From NCBI GenBank assembly GCA_002375465.1, contig DFLT01000002.1:48389-112388 (forward strand): a DNA stretch of 64,000 bases. Direction: 5' to 3'. Position 1 is the first letter of the stretch, and each line of letters opens with the position of its first letter. Positions 49,132 to 58,208 of this stretch are shown here, piece after piece. Made by a program: the position numbers and the translations under genes. The notes below the pieces were generated by a model. The model saw only the letters and a program-made list of their open reading frames with translations, did no database searches and was not told the origin of the DNA. Source of the DNA: Alphaproteobacteria bacterium UBA3612 (GTDB lineage: Bacteria > Pseudomonadota > Alphaproteobacteria > Sphingomonadales > Sphingomonadaceae).

Positions 49132-52026
49132 TCAAATCGCAATCCCCCGCCCTCGCCCGAGATCAAGGCCATGATGAAACACGAGCTCGCCGCTAAGCGA
49201 GCGACCGCTGCCGGTGCTGATACCCAGCTCGACTTTGCGATTGGCGAGGAGCGATTCAAGCTGGGGGTCGCGCTGAAGGCTCTTAGCCATACTCGCCATC
49301 TCAGACCGAGTTGAGCGGTAGCTGCTCATCTCCCCGTGCGCGTAATTGTACTGGCTCTTTCGCTCAAGCTTTTGCCAGCGGGCAACAAACTGGTCGGCTC
49401 GCTCCTGCCCAGTTTCCCGAATTTTCTGCTCGGCCTTCATGGCAAGGATGGCACGACGCACCCGTCCACTTGCGGCTTCGTGCGCGAGCGGTTGATCTGC
49501 GAGGTAGGCACGCTCGATATCGCGTGAATAGTTTGCGCCAAACGCGTCCAACTTCTTGCGCGCTGCTGCCAGCTCTTGCATCTCAGGCGCCAAGCGGCCC
49601 TGCTCGACGCAATGATCGAGTGTCTTGCCATTTTCTTGCGCCAGGAACACATTTCTGACAGCCTGGGCGTGACGTCGGACAGCCGCCTGTGCCCTGACCT
49701 GGCGATCTGGCTTGGGCGATTGCGAGACCCGCTGCCCGTCAAACATACCGCGCACCTTATCGGGAACCTTGCGGACGATCTTGGCAACCCGTTCGCGGAC
49801 GCCGATGCCGCGCCGCTCGGCATATCGCTTCTCGATGCCTTCGTTCCGACCATAATCGGAAACCATGTCCTTGGCGCGTTCGCGGGACAGAGTGCGGGCG
49901 AGCTTATCGACGTCTGCGAAGTCATCCCTGCCGTAATGCAGCGAGAGGGACTCGCGATGTCGCGACAGCGCAACGTAGCTGCTATGCTGGTCCATTCCCG
50001 GCGTGGAGAGAACGTGGGTGCGATCCACGGTCACACCCTGCGATTTGTGAACGGTCGCGGCGTAACCGTGGTCGATATGGGCATAGTCCTTCGTGTCGAA
50101 CGCGACGTTTCGACCATCATCGAGCAACACGGCCATGCGTTGCGCGCTGACCGATTGCACCGTGCTGAGGCTCCCGTTCTTGACGCCAAGCTCGCGGTCG
50201 TTGCGCAGGAACATCAACCGGTCGCCGGTCGCGAACTGTCTCGTGCCGCGCTCGGCATTGATCGAAACGTCTTCGCCCAGCGCGCCGTCCTCGCGCAGCC
50301 TGCCGCGCGCCAGCTCATTGAGCGCGCGAACCTCATCGTTGGTGTGCGTGAGAATGATGCGTGACTGAGCGGGTTGTGCGGCGCGTTCGCGATTCCAGCC
50401 CTCGATCAGTTCCTCGCGCGCAGCGTCGCGCGTCTCGGCAACATGCACCATGCCGTTTGCCGAATATGCGTCCAATGCCTCGGCGGTGCGGCCCGTTGCC
50501 AGATGGCGCGTGGCATCTCGCTGCCAGTCCTCGCGCTGCCGCCGCACCTCGGTGATCTCGACTCCCCCATGGCGCTCGTGAATGGCACGAAACGCCGCGC
50601 CCGCTTCGATCGCCTGCAGCTGCTGCGGATCGCCGACCAGAACGATCTTGGCTGCGGCATCATTTGCAACAGACAGAACCCGCTGCATCTGGCGCGTACC
50701 GACCATGCCAGCCTCGTCGATGACCAGCACATCACGCGAGGTAAGCAACTCGCGTCCCTCGCTCCACTGGTGCTCAAGGCTGGCAATGGTGCGTGAGGCA
50801 ATACCCGAGCCGTTCTCGAGACTTTCGGCAGCGATACCCGAGAGCGCCGCGCCGCGAACATTGTAGCCCGCGCTCTCCCAGGCGTCGCGCGCCACACCCA
50901 GCATCGCACTCTTGCCGGTCCCGGCGTAGCCAACGACAACGCCCAGATCCTTGCCAGCCGTAGCATGCTCAAAGGCCACTCGCTGCTCGCCTGAAAGAAC
51001 CAGACCTCGCTGCTCGGCGGCGGCAAGCGCGCGGTCGCGGAAACGTTCGTGAACGCGGTGTCGATCGCGTTCGGCGATCGACGCGGTAGCGCGTTCCAAT
51101 CTCGCTTCCACCTCGATCATGTCGCGCGATGTGAAGCGTTCGTTGCCGCGACCATCCTTGCCCAGCGCAACCAGATCAGGCGAGGACTGCACCGCACTCA
51201 ACGCGCGATCAAACTGGTCCTTTCCATCCGAGTGACGGTGCACGAACCTCGCAAGGTCGCGGCGGGTAAAGGTCGCCTGGCCCTTTGTGATCGCGTCGAG
51301 GGCAATGTCGGGGTTGGCGATGATCCGCTCGCCATTCTCGCGGGCGATGGCGTGATTCTCGATCAGCCGGTCGGCCTCGGGGCCCATGCGCAGTGAGGGC
51401 GCACCGATCTTGGTCTGCGGCTCCAGCTCAATCCCCTGCGCCTCCAGACTGCGATGATCGATCCGCGCATCGATATCGAGCTCAGCCAGCCGCTCGTTGA
51501 CATGGTCGGCCCAGCGCTCGCGCCATGTCTCGATCAGCTCGGTGCGGTTCCAGTCGCGCACCTTCTTGCCGAACCCGTCTTCGCCCACCTCGCGCATGGA
51601 GAGCATGACATGGGCATGCGGCTTGGCGAGGCCGTCCGCGCCGATATCCCAGTGCACATTGAGGTCGGCGATCATCCCGCGTTCCACAAACTCGGATCGC
51701 ACAAAGTCCCGGGCGAGCTCTATGCCCTGCTGCTGGTCCAGTTCTCGCGGAATGGCGAACTCAATCTCGCGCGAGAGCTGCGCGTCCTTGCGCAGTTCGG
51801 TCGCCTCGACTTCGTTCCACAGGGTCGAGCGGTCGCCCAGCCGTTCGGGCGCACCCTCGGCCAGCAACACTTCGGAATGGACGACGCCGGCCTTGTTGGT
51901 GAAGTCATGCGAACGATCGAGGCGGTCATCGTGGAGCCGTCCTGCTGAACGGTAGGCGGCAGAGGCCACCGCGCTCGATCCGGCGCTGCGGGAAATGACT
52001 TTTGCCGAGAAATGGTAGATCGCCAT
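49132..52026 (-). CDS. traA: Ti-type conjugative relaxase TraA (MobA/MobL relaxase + RecD-like helicase)
   Basis: ATG at 52026 gives MAIYHFSAKVISRSAGSSAVASAAYRS, the MOBQ relaxase N-terminus. The HxDxxxPHxH-type motif is NVHWDIGADGLAKPHAHVM. The Walker A motif is GYAGTGKS. Confidence 0.93.
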   Translation of the reverse strand: MAIYHFSAKVISRSAGSSAVASAAYRSAGRLHDDRLDRSHDFTNKAGVVHSEVLLAEGAPERLGDRSTLWNEVEATELRKDAQLSREIEFAIPRELDQQQGIELARDFVRSEFVERGMIADLNVHWDIGADGLAKPHAHVMLSMREVGEDGFGKKVRDWNRTELIETWRERWADHVNERLAELDIDARIDHRSLEAQGIELEPQTKIGAPSLRMGPEADRLIENHAIARENGERIIANPDIALDAITKGQATFTRRDLARFVHRHSDGKDQFDRALSAVQSSPDLVALGKDGRGNERFTSRDMIEVEARLERATASIAERDRHRVHERFRDRALAAAEQRGLVLSGEQRVAFEHATAGKDLGVVVGYAGTGKSAMLGVARDAWESAGYNVRGAALSGIAAESLENGSGIASRTIASLEHQWSEGRELLTSRDVLVIDEAGMVGTRQMQRVLSVANDAAAKIVLVGDPQQLQAIEAGAAFRAIHERHGGVEITEVRRQREDWQRDATRHLATGRTAEALDAYSANGMVHVAETRDAAREELIEGWNRERAAQPAQSRIILTHTNDEVRALNELARGRLREDGALGEDVSINAERGTRQFATGDRLMFLRNDRELGVKNGSLSTVQSVSAQRMAVLLDDGRNVAFDTKDYAHIDHGYAATVHKSQGVTVDRTHVLSTPGMDQHSSYVALSRHRESLSLHYGRDDFADVDKLARTLSRERAKDMVSDYGRNEGIEKRYAERRGIGVRERVAKIVRKVPDKVRGMFDGQRVSQSPKPDRQVRAQAAVRRHAQAVRNVFLAQENGKTLDHCVEQGRLAPEMQELAAARKKLDAFGANYSRDIERAYLADQPLAHEAASGRVRRAILAMKAEQKIRETGQERADQFVARWQKLERKSQYNYAHGEMSSYRSTRSEMASMAKSLQRDPQLESLLANRKVELGISTGSGRSLSGELVFHHGLDLGRGRGIAI

Positions 52027-52052
52027 GGCGGCAATCCAGTTACGGCAAACAA

Positions 52053-52085
52053 GCGACGTCGGCACGACGTATAAGCGCGCCCTCA
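52053..52085 (+). other. oriT (MOBQ/RSF1010-type: inverted repeat followed by a nick-region consensus)
   Basis: The hairpin ACGTCG-GCA-CGACGT (52056-52070) is directly followed by ATAAGCGCGCCCTCA, which compares with RSF1010 TAAGTGCGCCCT. It lies in the traA/traC-like divergent intergenic region. Confidence 0.7.
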
Positions 52086-52197
52086 CATGATAAAATCCTG
52101 TTCGGGACCGGGCCGTGCCAGCCCGTCTCGGCAACATTGCAGCAATCGGAGGCGGGCCGCTTTAGGATGATCTCATCACAAAATGATGGAGAAAATC

Positions 52198-52503
52198 ATG
52201 CGCAAACCCAGAGATTTCGATGCCGAGCTCAAGGCCCTCAATGAGAAGGCAGCACAGCTCAAGACCCGCAAGGTCAAGCAATTTGGCGAACTGGTGATTG
52301 CGACTGGTGCAGACACGCTCAGTATCGAGGAACTGACGGGCGCACTCGTAACCATCGTGGCCACCAATGACCCTCAAAAGCGGGAGGCTTGGGCGACGAA
52401 GGGCCTGGCATTCTTTCAGGGGAAGACGCGGACTACGCGCAACCAACCTAAGGGCGACAATCAAGGCAGCGCGAAAGGTCCAGACAGCAATACTGCGGCT
52501 TGA
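52198..52503 (+). CDS. TraC-like relaxosome accessory protein (often annotated TraD/TraC)
   Basis: GGAGAA lies 5 nt before ATG 52198. MRKPRDFDAELKALNEKAAQLKTRKVKQFGELVIATGADTLSIEEL resembles small Ti-type Dtr proteins. It is divergent from traA across oriT. Confidence 0.65.
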   Translation: MRKPRDFDAELKALNEKAAQLKTRKVKQFGELVIATGADTLSIEELTGALVTIVATNDPQKREAWATKGLAFFQGKTRTTRNQPKGDNQGSAKGPDSNTAA

Positions 52504-52540
52504 AGCGCGACAGCGCCGCACCGAGAAGAAGGACTGGGCC

Positions 52541-52744
52541 ATGAAACGACGCGAACGGACGCGCCATCTGATCGAACTCGGGGGGCTGGTCCAAAAGGCA
52601 GGGCTGATCGAACTGACCGATGATGACCGGGCAGTCCTGCTCGGTGCGTTTCTCGCTGTCGCCGCCAAGCTGCAAGGCGAAGAACGCGAACGGGCGCTGA
52701 CCTTGTGGCGGCGACGCGGTGGCCGCGAATTCAGCCCAAAATGA
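52541..52744 (+). CDS. traD: Conjugal transfer protein TraD-like (small)
   Basis: RRERTRHLIELGGLVQKAGL...DDDRAVLLGAFL fits the Ti-type TraD pattern. The start is uncertain; an ATG at 52367 would overlap the previous gene by 137 nt. Confidence 0.65.
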   Translation: MKRRERTRHLIELGGLVQKAGLIELTDDDRAVLLGAFLAVAAKLQGEERERALTLWRRRGGREFSPK

Positions 52745-52792
52745 CGCGATTACGGGGTGCAGGTCGACAACGGCTTTGCTAGGCTCAAACAA

Positions 52793-53734
52793 ATGCGCAC
52801 CGACCTCGAACATCTTCCCCCGCAAAAGCAGCGCGAGATCGAGCGCGTGGTGCAGCTGATCTTCGAAGAGTTCAACGACGCCTTCGCGCTGGCCAAGCAC
52901 GATTGGAAAAAAGCCGGGCGCATTCTCAAAGTCATTCTCTACGGTAGCTATGCGCGCGGGACCTGGATCGATGAACCGCATACGGCCAAAGGGTACCAAT
53001 CGGACTATGATCTGCTCATAGTCGTCAACGCCAAGCGGCTGACTGATAGAGTCAAGTACTGGGCCAAGCTCGATGACCGGTTGATGCGCGAGTACGGTGT
53101 GACTGGTACGCTCAAGACGCCGGTCAATTTTATCGTCCACACGCTGCAGGAAGTGAACGACGGGCTCGCTCATGGGCGCTACTTCTTCATGGACGTGAAG
53201 GATGACGGCGTCGCGCTCTACCAGTTCGATGACACCGAGCTGCACACGCCCAAGCCCAAGACGGCGCCGCAGGCGCTGGCGATGGCACGGGAATACTTTG
53301 AAGACTGGATGCCCAGCGCGTCAGATTTCTTTGATGGGTATGTCGACGCCAAAGCGCGCGGGAAATTCAAGAAGGCCGTCTTTGATTTGCACCAATCTGC
53401 AGAGCGAATGTACCATACCGCGCTTCTCGTCTGCACATTCTACACGCCACACGTGCACAATCTTGGCTTCCTGCGCACCCAAGCCGAGCGCATCGATGCG
53501 CGCCTGACATACGTATGGCCGCGAGACACCAAGCGTGACCGCGCGCGCTTCGAGAAGCTCAAGGACGCCTATGTCAAAGCGCGCTACTCAAAGCACTACC
53601 GTATTACCAAGGACGAGCTCGAATGGCTCGGAACTCAAGTCGAGGAGCTCGGCCGCGTTGTGCACGAAGTCTGCTCCGAACGGATCGATAAGCTCAATGC
53701 TGACGCGAAGGCCAAGCCTGACAAGGTTCGGTGA
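52793..53734 (+). CDS. Fused nucleotidyltransferase (MNT-like) + HEPN domain protein
   Basis: NTase motif YGSYARG...SDYDLLIV in the N-terminal half. The helical C-terminal half reads as HEPN-like (DLHQSAERMYHTALL...KARYSKHY). Confidence 0.75.
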   Translation: MRTDLEHLPPQKQREIERVVQLIFEEFNDAFALAKHDWKKAGRILKVILYGSYARGTWIDEPHTAKGYQSDYDLLIVVNAKRLTDRVKYWAKLDDRLMREYGVTGTLKTPVNFIVHTLQEVNDGLAHGRYFFMDVKDDGVALYQFDDTELHTPKPKTAPQALAMAREYFEDWMPSASDFFDGYVDAKARGKFKKAVFDLHQSAERMYHTALLVCTFYTPHVHNLGFLRTQAERIDARLTYVWPRDTKRDRARFEKLKDAYVKARYSKHYRITKDELEWLGTQVEELGRVVHEVCSERIDKLNADAKAKPDKVR

Positions 53735-53923
53735 ATCGATCGGGTAAAGATCCCGCTGCCTGCTCAGGCTGCCTCCCACACGCGGTTGAGAATCAGAGCA
53801 GCTAGCGCCGCGTTGTTCTGCGGCAGAAACCGCCCGAATTCTTGGCGACGGTATCGAATGTGTCCTGGATCGCCTAGCGCGCTCGATCCATGATTAGCAA
53901 AAAGAGTGAGCCATCAAATCAGC

Positions 53924-54613
53924 TTAGAAGTTCTCCATTCTCACGTTCAACAGATCATTCGCGAAAGATCGCACGATCAGCGCTTCAAGCTTTCCGATCA
54001 GCGAGGACGGGACCGAATACGCGCTGACATAGCGCGCGATATCCCATAGAGGCACTTCTTCGCGAACAATTTTGCGCTGAATTTCGGCCGCTGTACGAAA
54101 CTGGGCTTTGGTACCCGGGTGCGTCACTCTCTTGATCGACTGAACCTCTTTGCGATCCCGGTTGAATGCATTGTTCAACTCTTTCCAGAGCGAAAGGCGA
54201 TGAGCCTTTCCAGCATAGATGGCCCGGCCTCTGCTGTCGTGAAAGATGTAGACACCATGGGTGGCCTCCAGCTCTTTTCGGAGTCCAGTCCAATAGGGAT
54301 GACTATCTCCGTCTTCGGTCTTAGTGGAGAAAATCTGCCAGCTTTTTCCCTGTGCCGTCTCACAAGGCTCAAGCTCGAGGAACTCAACCACCGGAACAAT
54401 CGAGCTTTCAGCCAAGTCGTCTGCGGCCTTTTTGCTCACCTTGTCGAGTAAGTTTGCCACCTGCTTGGCAGTGAGTTCTTTCCCACGATAGCCTTGCAAT
54501 GCGGGCTGGGTGACGCCCAACTCACGAGCAAGAACACTGTCGGTGACAGACTTCGTGCCTTTCCTGCTCTTGATGCGTCGCGCAACCTCTTCCAGTAATT
54601 CATCCCCGTTCAT
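53924..54613 (-). CDS. HTH domain + GIY-YIG-like (T5orf172-like) domain protein
   Basis: N-terminal SVLARELGVTQPALQGYRG (HTH). The core is HGVYIFHDSRGRAIYAGKAHRL (GIY...YxG-K pattern), with later E and N residues (KLEALIVRSFANDLLN). Its own SD, GAGGAA, lies 5 nt before the ATG. Confidence 0.55.
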   Translation of the reverse strand: MNGDELLEEVARRIKSRKGTKSVTDSVLARELGVTQPALQGYRGKELTAKQVANLLDKVSKKAADDLAESSIVPVVEFLELEPCETAQGKSWQIFSTKTEDGDSHPYWTGLRKELEATHGVYIFHDSRGRAIYAGKAHRLSLWKELNNAFNRDRKEVQSIKRVTHPGTKAQFRTAAEIQRKIVREEVPLWDIARYVSAYSVPSSLIGKLEALIVRSFANDLLNVRMENF

Positions 54614-54669
54614 GCTGATTCCTCGTTGTCTGTGTTCTGCACGCTGAATTGGCTATCAACTAACCGCTT

Positions 54670-55722
54670 CTACTTTTCAGCATTCAACCACTCTTCGAGT
54701 GCTGTGATGTCCGCCAAAAGCTCGGCGAATGTTGGCGGCTCCCGCATGAACATTACGGCCATTGCGTCGTAGTCCCGCTTGAGGTCATCGGCGATTGCAT
54801 CTGGGGGAGATAGCCGCAGTGAGCCGAGAAGCGCCGTTTCATAGGAGGCCGACTTGTCTGCAAACATCAGGCTTTTGTTCCGCACGACATTGGCCAGCAG
54901 CTCCGGCTGTCTCATCGCCTCTCGGTCGATGCCAGCACGCGTGAGCATCAAGGTGTCGTAGTAATGTCGCGACATACCATCGCGAAGCTTGCCGCTGTGG
55001 TACAGCATGTGAAGGATCGTCACCTTTTCCCAGAAAGTACGGGTCGCCGCCAAGGTCGGAATTTCGGCGATCGCGTCCGGCAACTCGTCAGGAAATTCGG
55101 CGGCCAGATAGGGTGTGATTGTCTTTAGTTCTGACGGCTCTGTGTCGCCGCGCGCGCCGAATTCGAGCTTGATGCGTGGCTTGATGTAGCCTCCGTCGGC
55201 ACCGCCACCATAGTCGTTGCCGTAGTTCAGGCCGTAGCCGGATGTTTGCGGGTAATTGAACAGCAGCGTCTGACGATCATTGTCGTCAGGGTCGAGTTCG
55301 AGGCTCCAACCATCGGGAGTCCCCAGCGCGGCTTCGATTTCCCTGGCGAGCACTGGCATGATGTCCTTGGCAACATAGCCTTGCGCCGCTTCCTTGAGCG
55401 CCTTGGTCCTACGTTGTCGCTCTTTGCCGCTTATCCCGTCCTCCATCGGCGAGTTCACCTCACTAACGCGCGGCGCGCCTTTGCTGATGGTAAGATCGAT
55501 GTCTTCCGAGAAGCGGTGAATGATGTCGTAAGCCTTGGAGAGCGAAGTCCCGCCTTTAAACATCAGATGACCGTTTAGCTCTTCGCAAGTCATGAGCCGT
55601 CGCAGCGTCCAACACACCCAGAAGTCTTTCTCGATGATCGTTGGCGTCAGGTCGCGCCTGCTGGCAGCTTCCTCAATGAAGGCGCGGCGGTCTGCGACGT
55701 CCCTGCGGGCGAACTCATCCAT
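54670..55722 (-). CDS. abiEii: AbiEii/AbiGii-family nucleotidyltransferase toxin (type IV TA / abortive infection)
   Basis: EKDFWVCWTLRRL...FKGGTSLSKAYDIIHRFSEDIDLT is the DUF1814/AbiEii signature. 350 aa. Confidence 0.9.
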   Translation of the reverse strand: MDEFARRDVADRRAFIEEAASRRDLTPTIIEKDFWVCWTLRRLMTCEELNGHLMFKGGTSLSKAYDIIHRFSEDIDLTISKGAPRVSEVNSPMEDGISGKERQRRTKALKEAAQGYVAKDIMPVLAREIEAALGTPDGWSLELDPDDNDRQTLLFNYPQTSGYGLNYGNDYGGGADGGYIKPRIKLEFGARGDTEPSELKTITPYLAAEFPDELPDAIAEIPTLAATRTFWEKVTILHMLYHSGKLRDGMSRHYYDTLMLTRAGIDREAMRQPELLANVVRNKSLMFADKSASYETALLGSLRLSPPDAIADDLKRDYDAMAVMFMREPPTFAELLADITALEEWLNAEK

Positions 55723-56323
55723 GACGGGCCTCCGCGATCCGCAGCACGACGTCGCCCATCCATCCGGTCATCTGTGGACGCGCATTAATCAGGGCCTTCA
55801 TATCGGCGTCGCCCAACCTGTCCGCAAACTGATGGATAATGTCGCTGTCCATACCGTCCTTCCCGATATGCGCCATGGCCTGAAGCACTGTGTTGGCTTG
55901 GTTGGATGCTTTATCGAGTAGGGGCGCGCGCGCATGCTTGAGCGCCACAGTACGCCCCGCCACCTGTTTCGTACGCGTTGCGCCATCGGTGGCGTAGGAA
56001 GACTTCGCCGGAACCTGTGTGGAGAGGCCAAGGCGGTTTGCGGCCGCTGCCCCTGCGGGTCCGATCCTGTCGCCGCTCTTGCTTGCAAGAGCGCGGGCAA
56101 GACTGTCTGGGTCAGGGCTGAGCGCTCCCAGCTTGTCATGCAGTCTGGGGTAATCGTAAATGCCGCGTCCGACACGACGAATCTGGCCAGATTTGGCGAG
56201 ACGCGATAGAGCCATGTCGACCGAACCGCGCGTGCCGAAGTCGATGAAGTCTTTGGGCGTAAAGGCCCAGCCACGGCCCTTGCCGCGCACACGCTTCATG
56301 ATTCTGTCGATCATAGCAGCCAT
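55715..56323 (-). CDS. abiEi: AbiEi-family antitoxin/transcriptional regulator
   Basis: F.PKDFIDFGTRGSVDMALSRLAKSGQIRRVGRGIYDYP is a winged-helix AbiEi N-terminus. It has an 8-nt overlap with abiEii. Confidence 0.85.
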   Translation of the reverse strand: MAAMIDRIMKRVRGKGRGWAFTPKDFIDFGTRGSVDMALSRLAKSGQIRRVGRGIYDYPRLHDKLGALSPDPDSLARALASKSGDRIGPAGAAAANRLGLSTQVPAKSSYATDGATRTKQVAGRTVALKHARAPLLDKASNQANTVLQAMAHIGKDGMDSDIIHQFADRLGDADMKALINARPQMTGWMGDVVLRIAEARHG

Positions 56324-56338
56324 TCCGAGCCTCCTTTC

Positions 56339-56368
56339 TGTTAGAAATTAGCATAGATATTTCTAACA
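56339..56368. promoter_or_regulatory. 10-bp perfect inverted repeat upstream of abiEi; candidate autoregulatory operator
   Basis: TGTTAGAAAT (56339-56348) and ATTTCTAACA (56359-56368) are separated by 10 bp and lie 16 nt upstream of the abiEi start codon. Confidence 0.5.
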
Positions 56369-56493
56369 AGCAATTAGCTCAAAACGGGAGAAATGCCGGT
56401 GACTAAATGCGCCTGTACAAGGATTACAACAGAGCCCGCCACGCCTCACAAAGCTGCGCACCAGGCGGGTATTCTATGCCCGAAGGCCGGGCG

Positions 56494-56718
56494 CTAAGCG
56501 CCCGGTTCCTTCTTCTCGTCCTCCAGCGGCGCGCGCAAGACGATCCGGCCATTGATCGGGACCACCTCCAGTTGAAGCGAGAGGCCCTTGCGGTCGCGGT
56601 GGAACCACGCGGCTCCGATGCGGGTCCAGAAGCCCTTGTCGCCCTTGTTGGCGACATGCCAGGCGAGAAAGTCCGGCGGATTGGTTTCCTGCGCGGAGGT
56701 GGTGTTGCTGCGTGCCAT
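56494..56718 (-). CDS. Small conserved ICE/plasmid protein (DUF736-like), 74 aa
   Basis: ATG at 56718. FWTRIGAAWFHRDRKGLSLQLEVVPINGRIVLR resembles DUF736-type proteins common on alphaproteobacterial ICEs. The upstream tracked extension is unlikely to be coding. Confidence 0.55.
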   Translation of the reverse strand: MARSNTTSAQETNPPDFLAWHVANKGDKGFWTRIGAAWFHRDRKGLSLQLEVVPINGRIVLRAPLEDEKKEPGA

Positions 56719-56967
56719 GATGGGTTCCTTTCGTGTCTGGTGGCTCGTTGCACCAAACGGGAAGGCCGCACGGTCAAGGGCAGGATGCATGTCCAACACG
56801 GGTGACCTCGGCGGAGCCCGGGGAACCGGCGCGGGCCGGGCATTGAAGGCTGACCGCGTGCGGCCAGTAAGGGTGCTCACAAACGAAGCCGCCTGATCGA
56901 AAGGCACGCAGACGCATGGCAAACCGACACTCTTGCGCCATGGATCACTCTCGCCCAAACCCTTGCC

Positions 56968-57783
56968 ATGGCAATAGCGGGCACTTCACGGAAGCGCTGG
57001 AGCGAAGAGGAAACGGTGCTTGCGCTGTATCTCTATTTCCAGCTGCCGTTCGGAAAGCTGCACTCGGGCAATCCGGAGATCCAGGAACTCGCCGCTGCGC
57101 TCGGGCGCACGAACAGTTCGGTCGCGATGAAGCTGTGCAACTTCGCCAGCCTCGATCCCAAGATCACCGACAGCGGGCGCAAAGGTCTGGACGGTGCCTC
57201 GAAGCTGGATCGCGCAACCTATGCGGAGTTTGGCCAAGACTGGACCGATCTCGTATCGCGAGCGGAAGGCCTATGGACCACGCAGTTAGGCCAGTTCGAA
57301 CCGCCACCCTCCCCGACGGGCCTAAATGAGAAATATAGCGAATTCCGGTTCGAGCCCTATCAAGGCGAGTCTACCACGCAGGCCCTCGTCAACCAGCGCA
57401 TCGGCCAGGACTTCTTTCGCCGCGCCGTGCTCGCCAATTACGAAGAGACCTGCTGCATCACCGGTATCGCCGATCCGCGCTTACTCACCGCGAGCCACAT
57501 CAAGCCATGGGGCAAAGACAGTGAGAACCGGCACAACCCCGCCAATGGCCTCCTACTGTCAGCGACACTCGACCGCGCCTTTGATCGCGGGCTTATCACG
57601 GTCGACCGCCAACGGAATATTCGCGTCTCGCGGCAACTGCGCGAAAGCCAGAGCCGCGAGACGCGCGACTATTTTGAGCAATTCGAGACGGCGACTTTGC
57701 GTTCAGCGATCCGGTTCGATCCCGAACCGGCGTTTCTCGACTGGCACAACGAACACTGCTTCGTGGATCAACGCGCCGCCTGA
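56968..57783 (+). CDS. HNH endonuclease (HNH_2/PF13391-type putative restriction endonuclease)
   Basis: CCITGIADPRLLTASHIKPW...NPANGLLLSATLDRAFDRGLITVD is the HNH_2 core. The N-terminal region is RWSEEETVLALYLYFQLPFGK. Confidence 0.85.
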   Translation: MAIAGTSRKRWSEEETVLALYLYFQLPFGKLHSGNPEIQELAAALGRTNSSVAMKLCNFASLDPKITDSGRKGLDGASKLDRATYAEFGQDWTDLVSRAEGLWTTQLGQFEPPPSPTGLNEKYSEFRFEPYQGESTTQALVNQRIGQDFFRRAVLANYEETCCITGIADPRLLTASHIKPWGKDSENRHNPANGLLLSATLDRAFDRGLITVDRQRNIRVSRQLRESQSRETRDYFEQFETATLRSAIRFDPEPAFLDWHNEHCFVDQRAA

Positions 57784-57824
57784 CGTGTCAGGCGGCACGC
57801 GGATTGCCAAGCTGCCGCCATTCT

Positions 57825-58208
57825 TCAATATTCGCTGGATAGCATGATGGTCAGCACCCGCCGTGTCACAGCGGGATTGGCCGGGTCCTCGCTGCCGAAC
57901 CGCAAATCGCAGTCGTAAGCATCGATCTTCCAGAACACGGTTTCGGCAGGCCGCGCCGGTCGCGTGGTCGTCCAACGGCCATCGCCATCTTGATAGATCG
58001 CCCCGAAATCGCGCTCACCATAAGCATCATTGTCCGGCGTGAAGGCGTCGAATGTCTCGACCAGTTCGCGCACCCGCGACTGATCCGCTTCGGGCAAGGT
58101 CCGGAAACCCTCGGTCATCACCGCAACGCAAGCCAGGCCCATCGCCTGTCGCGCCCGATCGTTAAGCCGAGCAATCCGTTCGCTGCGGGAAAGTGAAACG
58201 GTAGTCAT
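57825..58208 (-). CDS. DUF3768 domain protein
   Basis: ATG at 58208. RIARLNDRARQAMG...FTPDNDAYGERDFGAI......VFWKIDAYD fits the DUF3768 pattern. Confidence 0.8.
   Translation of the reverse strand: MTTVSLSRSERIARLNDRARQAMGLACVAVMTEGFRTLPEADQSRVRELVETFDAFTPDNDAYGERDFGAIYQDGDGRWTTTRPARPAETVFWKIDAYDCDLRFGSEDPANPAVTRRVLTIMLSSEY

Noticed and set aside
48929-49135. 68-aa minus-strand ORF between the ExoI gene and traA
   Set aside because: It has no RBS and no motif, and it abuts the traA stop. It is probably intergenic sequence at a module junction.
52367-52540. Long form of TraD starting at ATG 52367
   Set aside because: It would overlap the preceding TraC-like gene by 137 nt in another frame. 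The shorter form from ATG 52541 retains the conserved TraD core. The true start remains uncertain.
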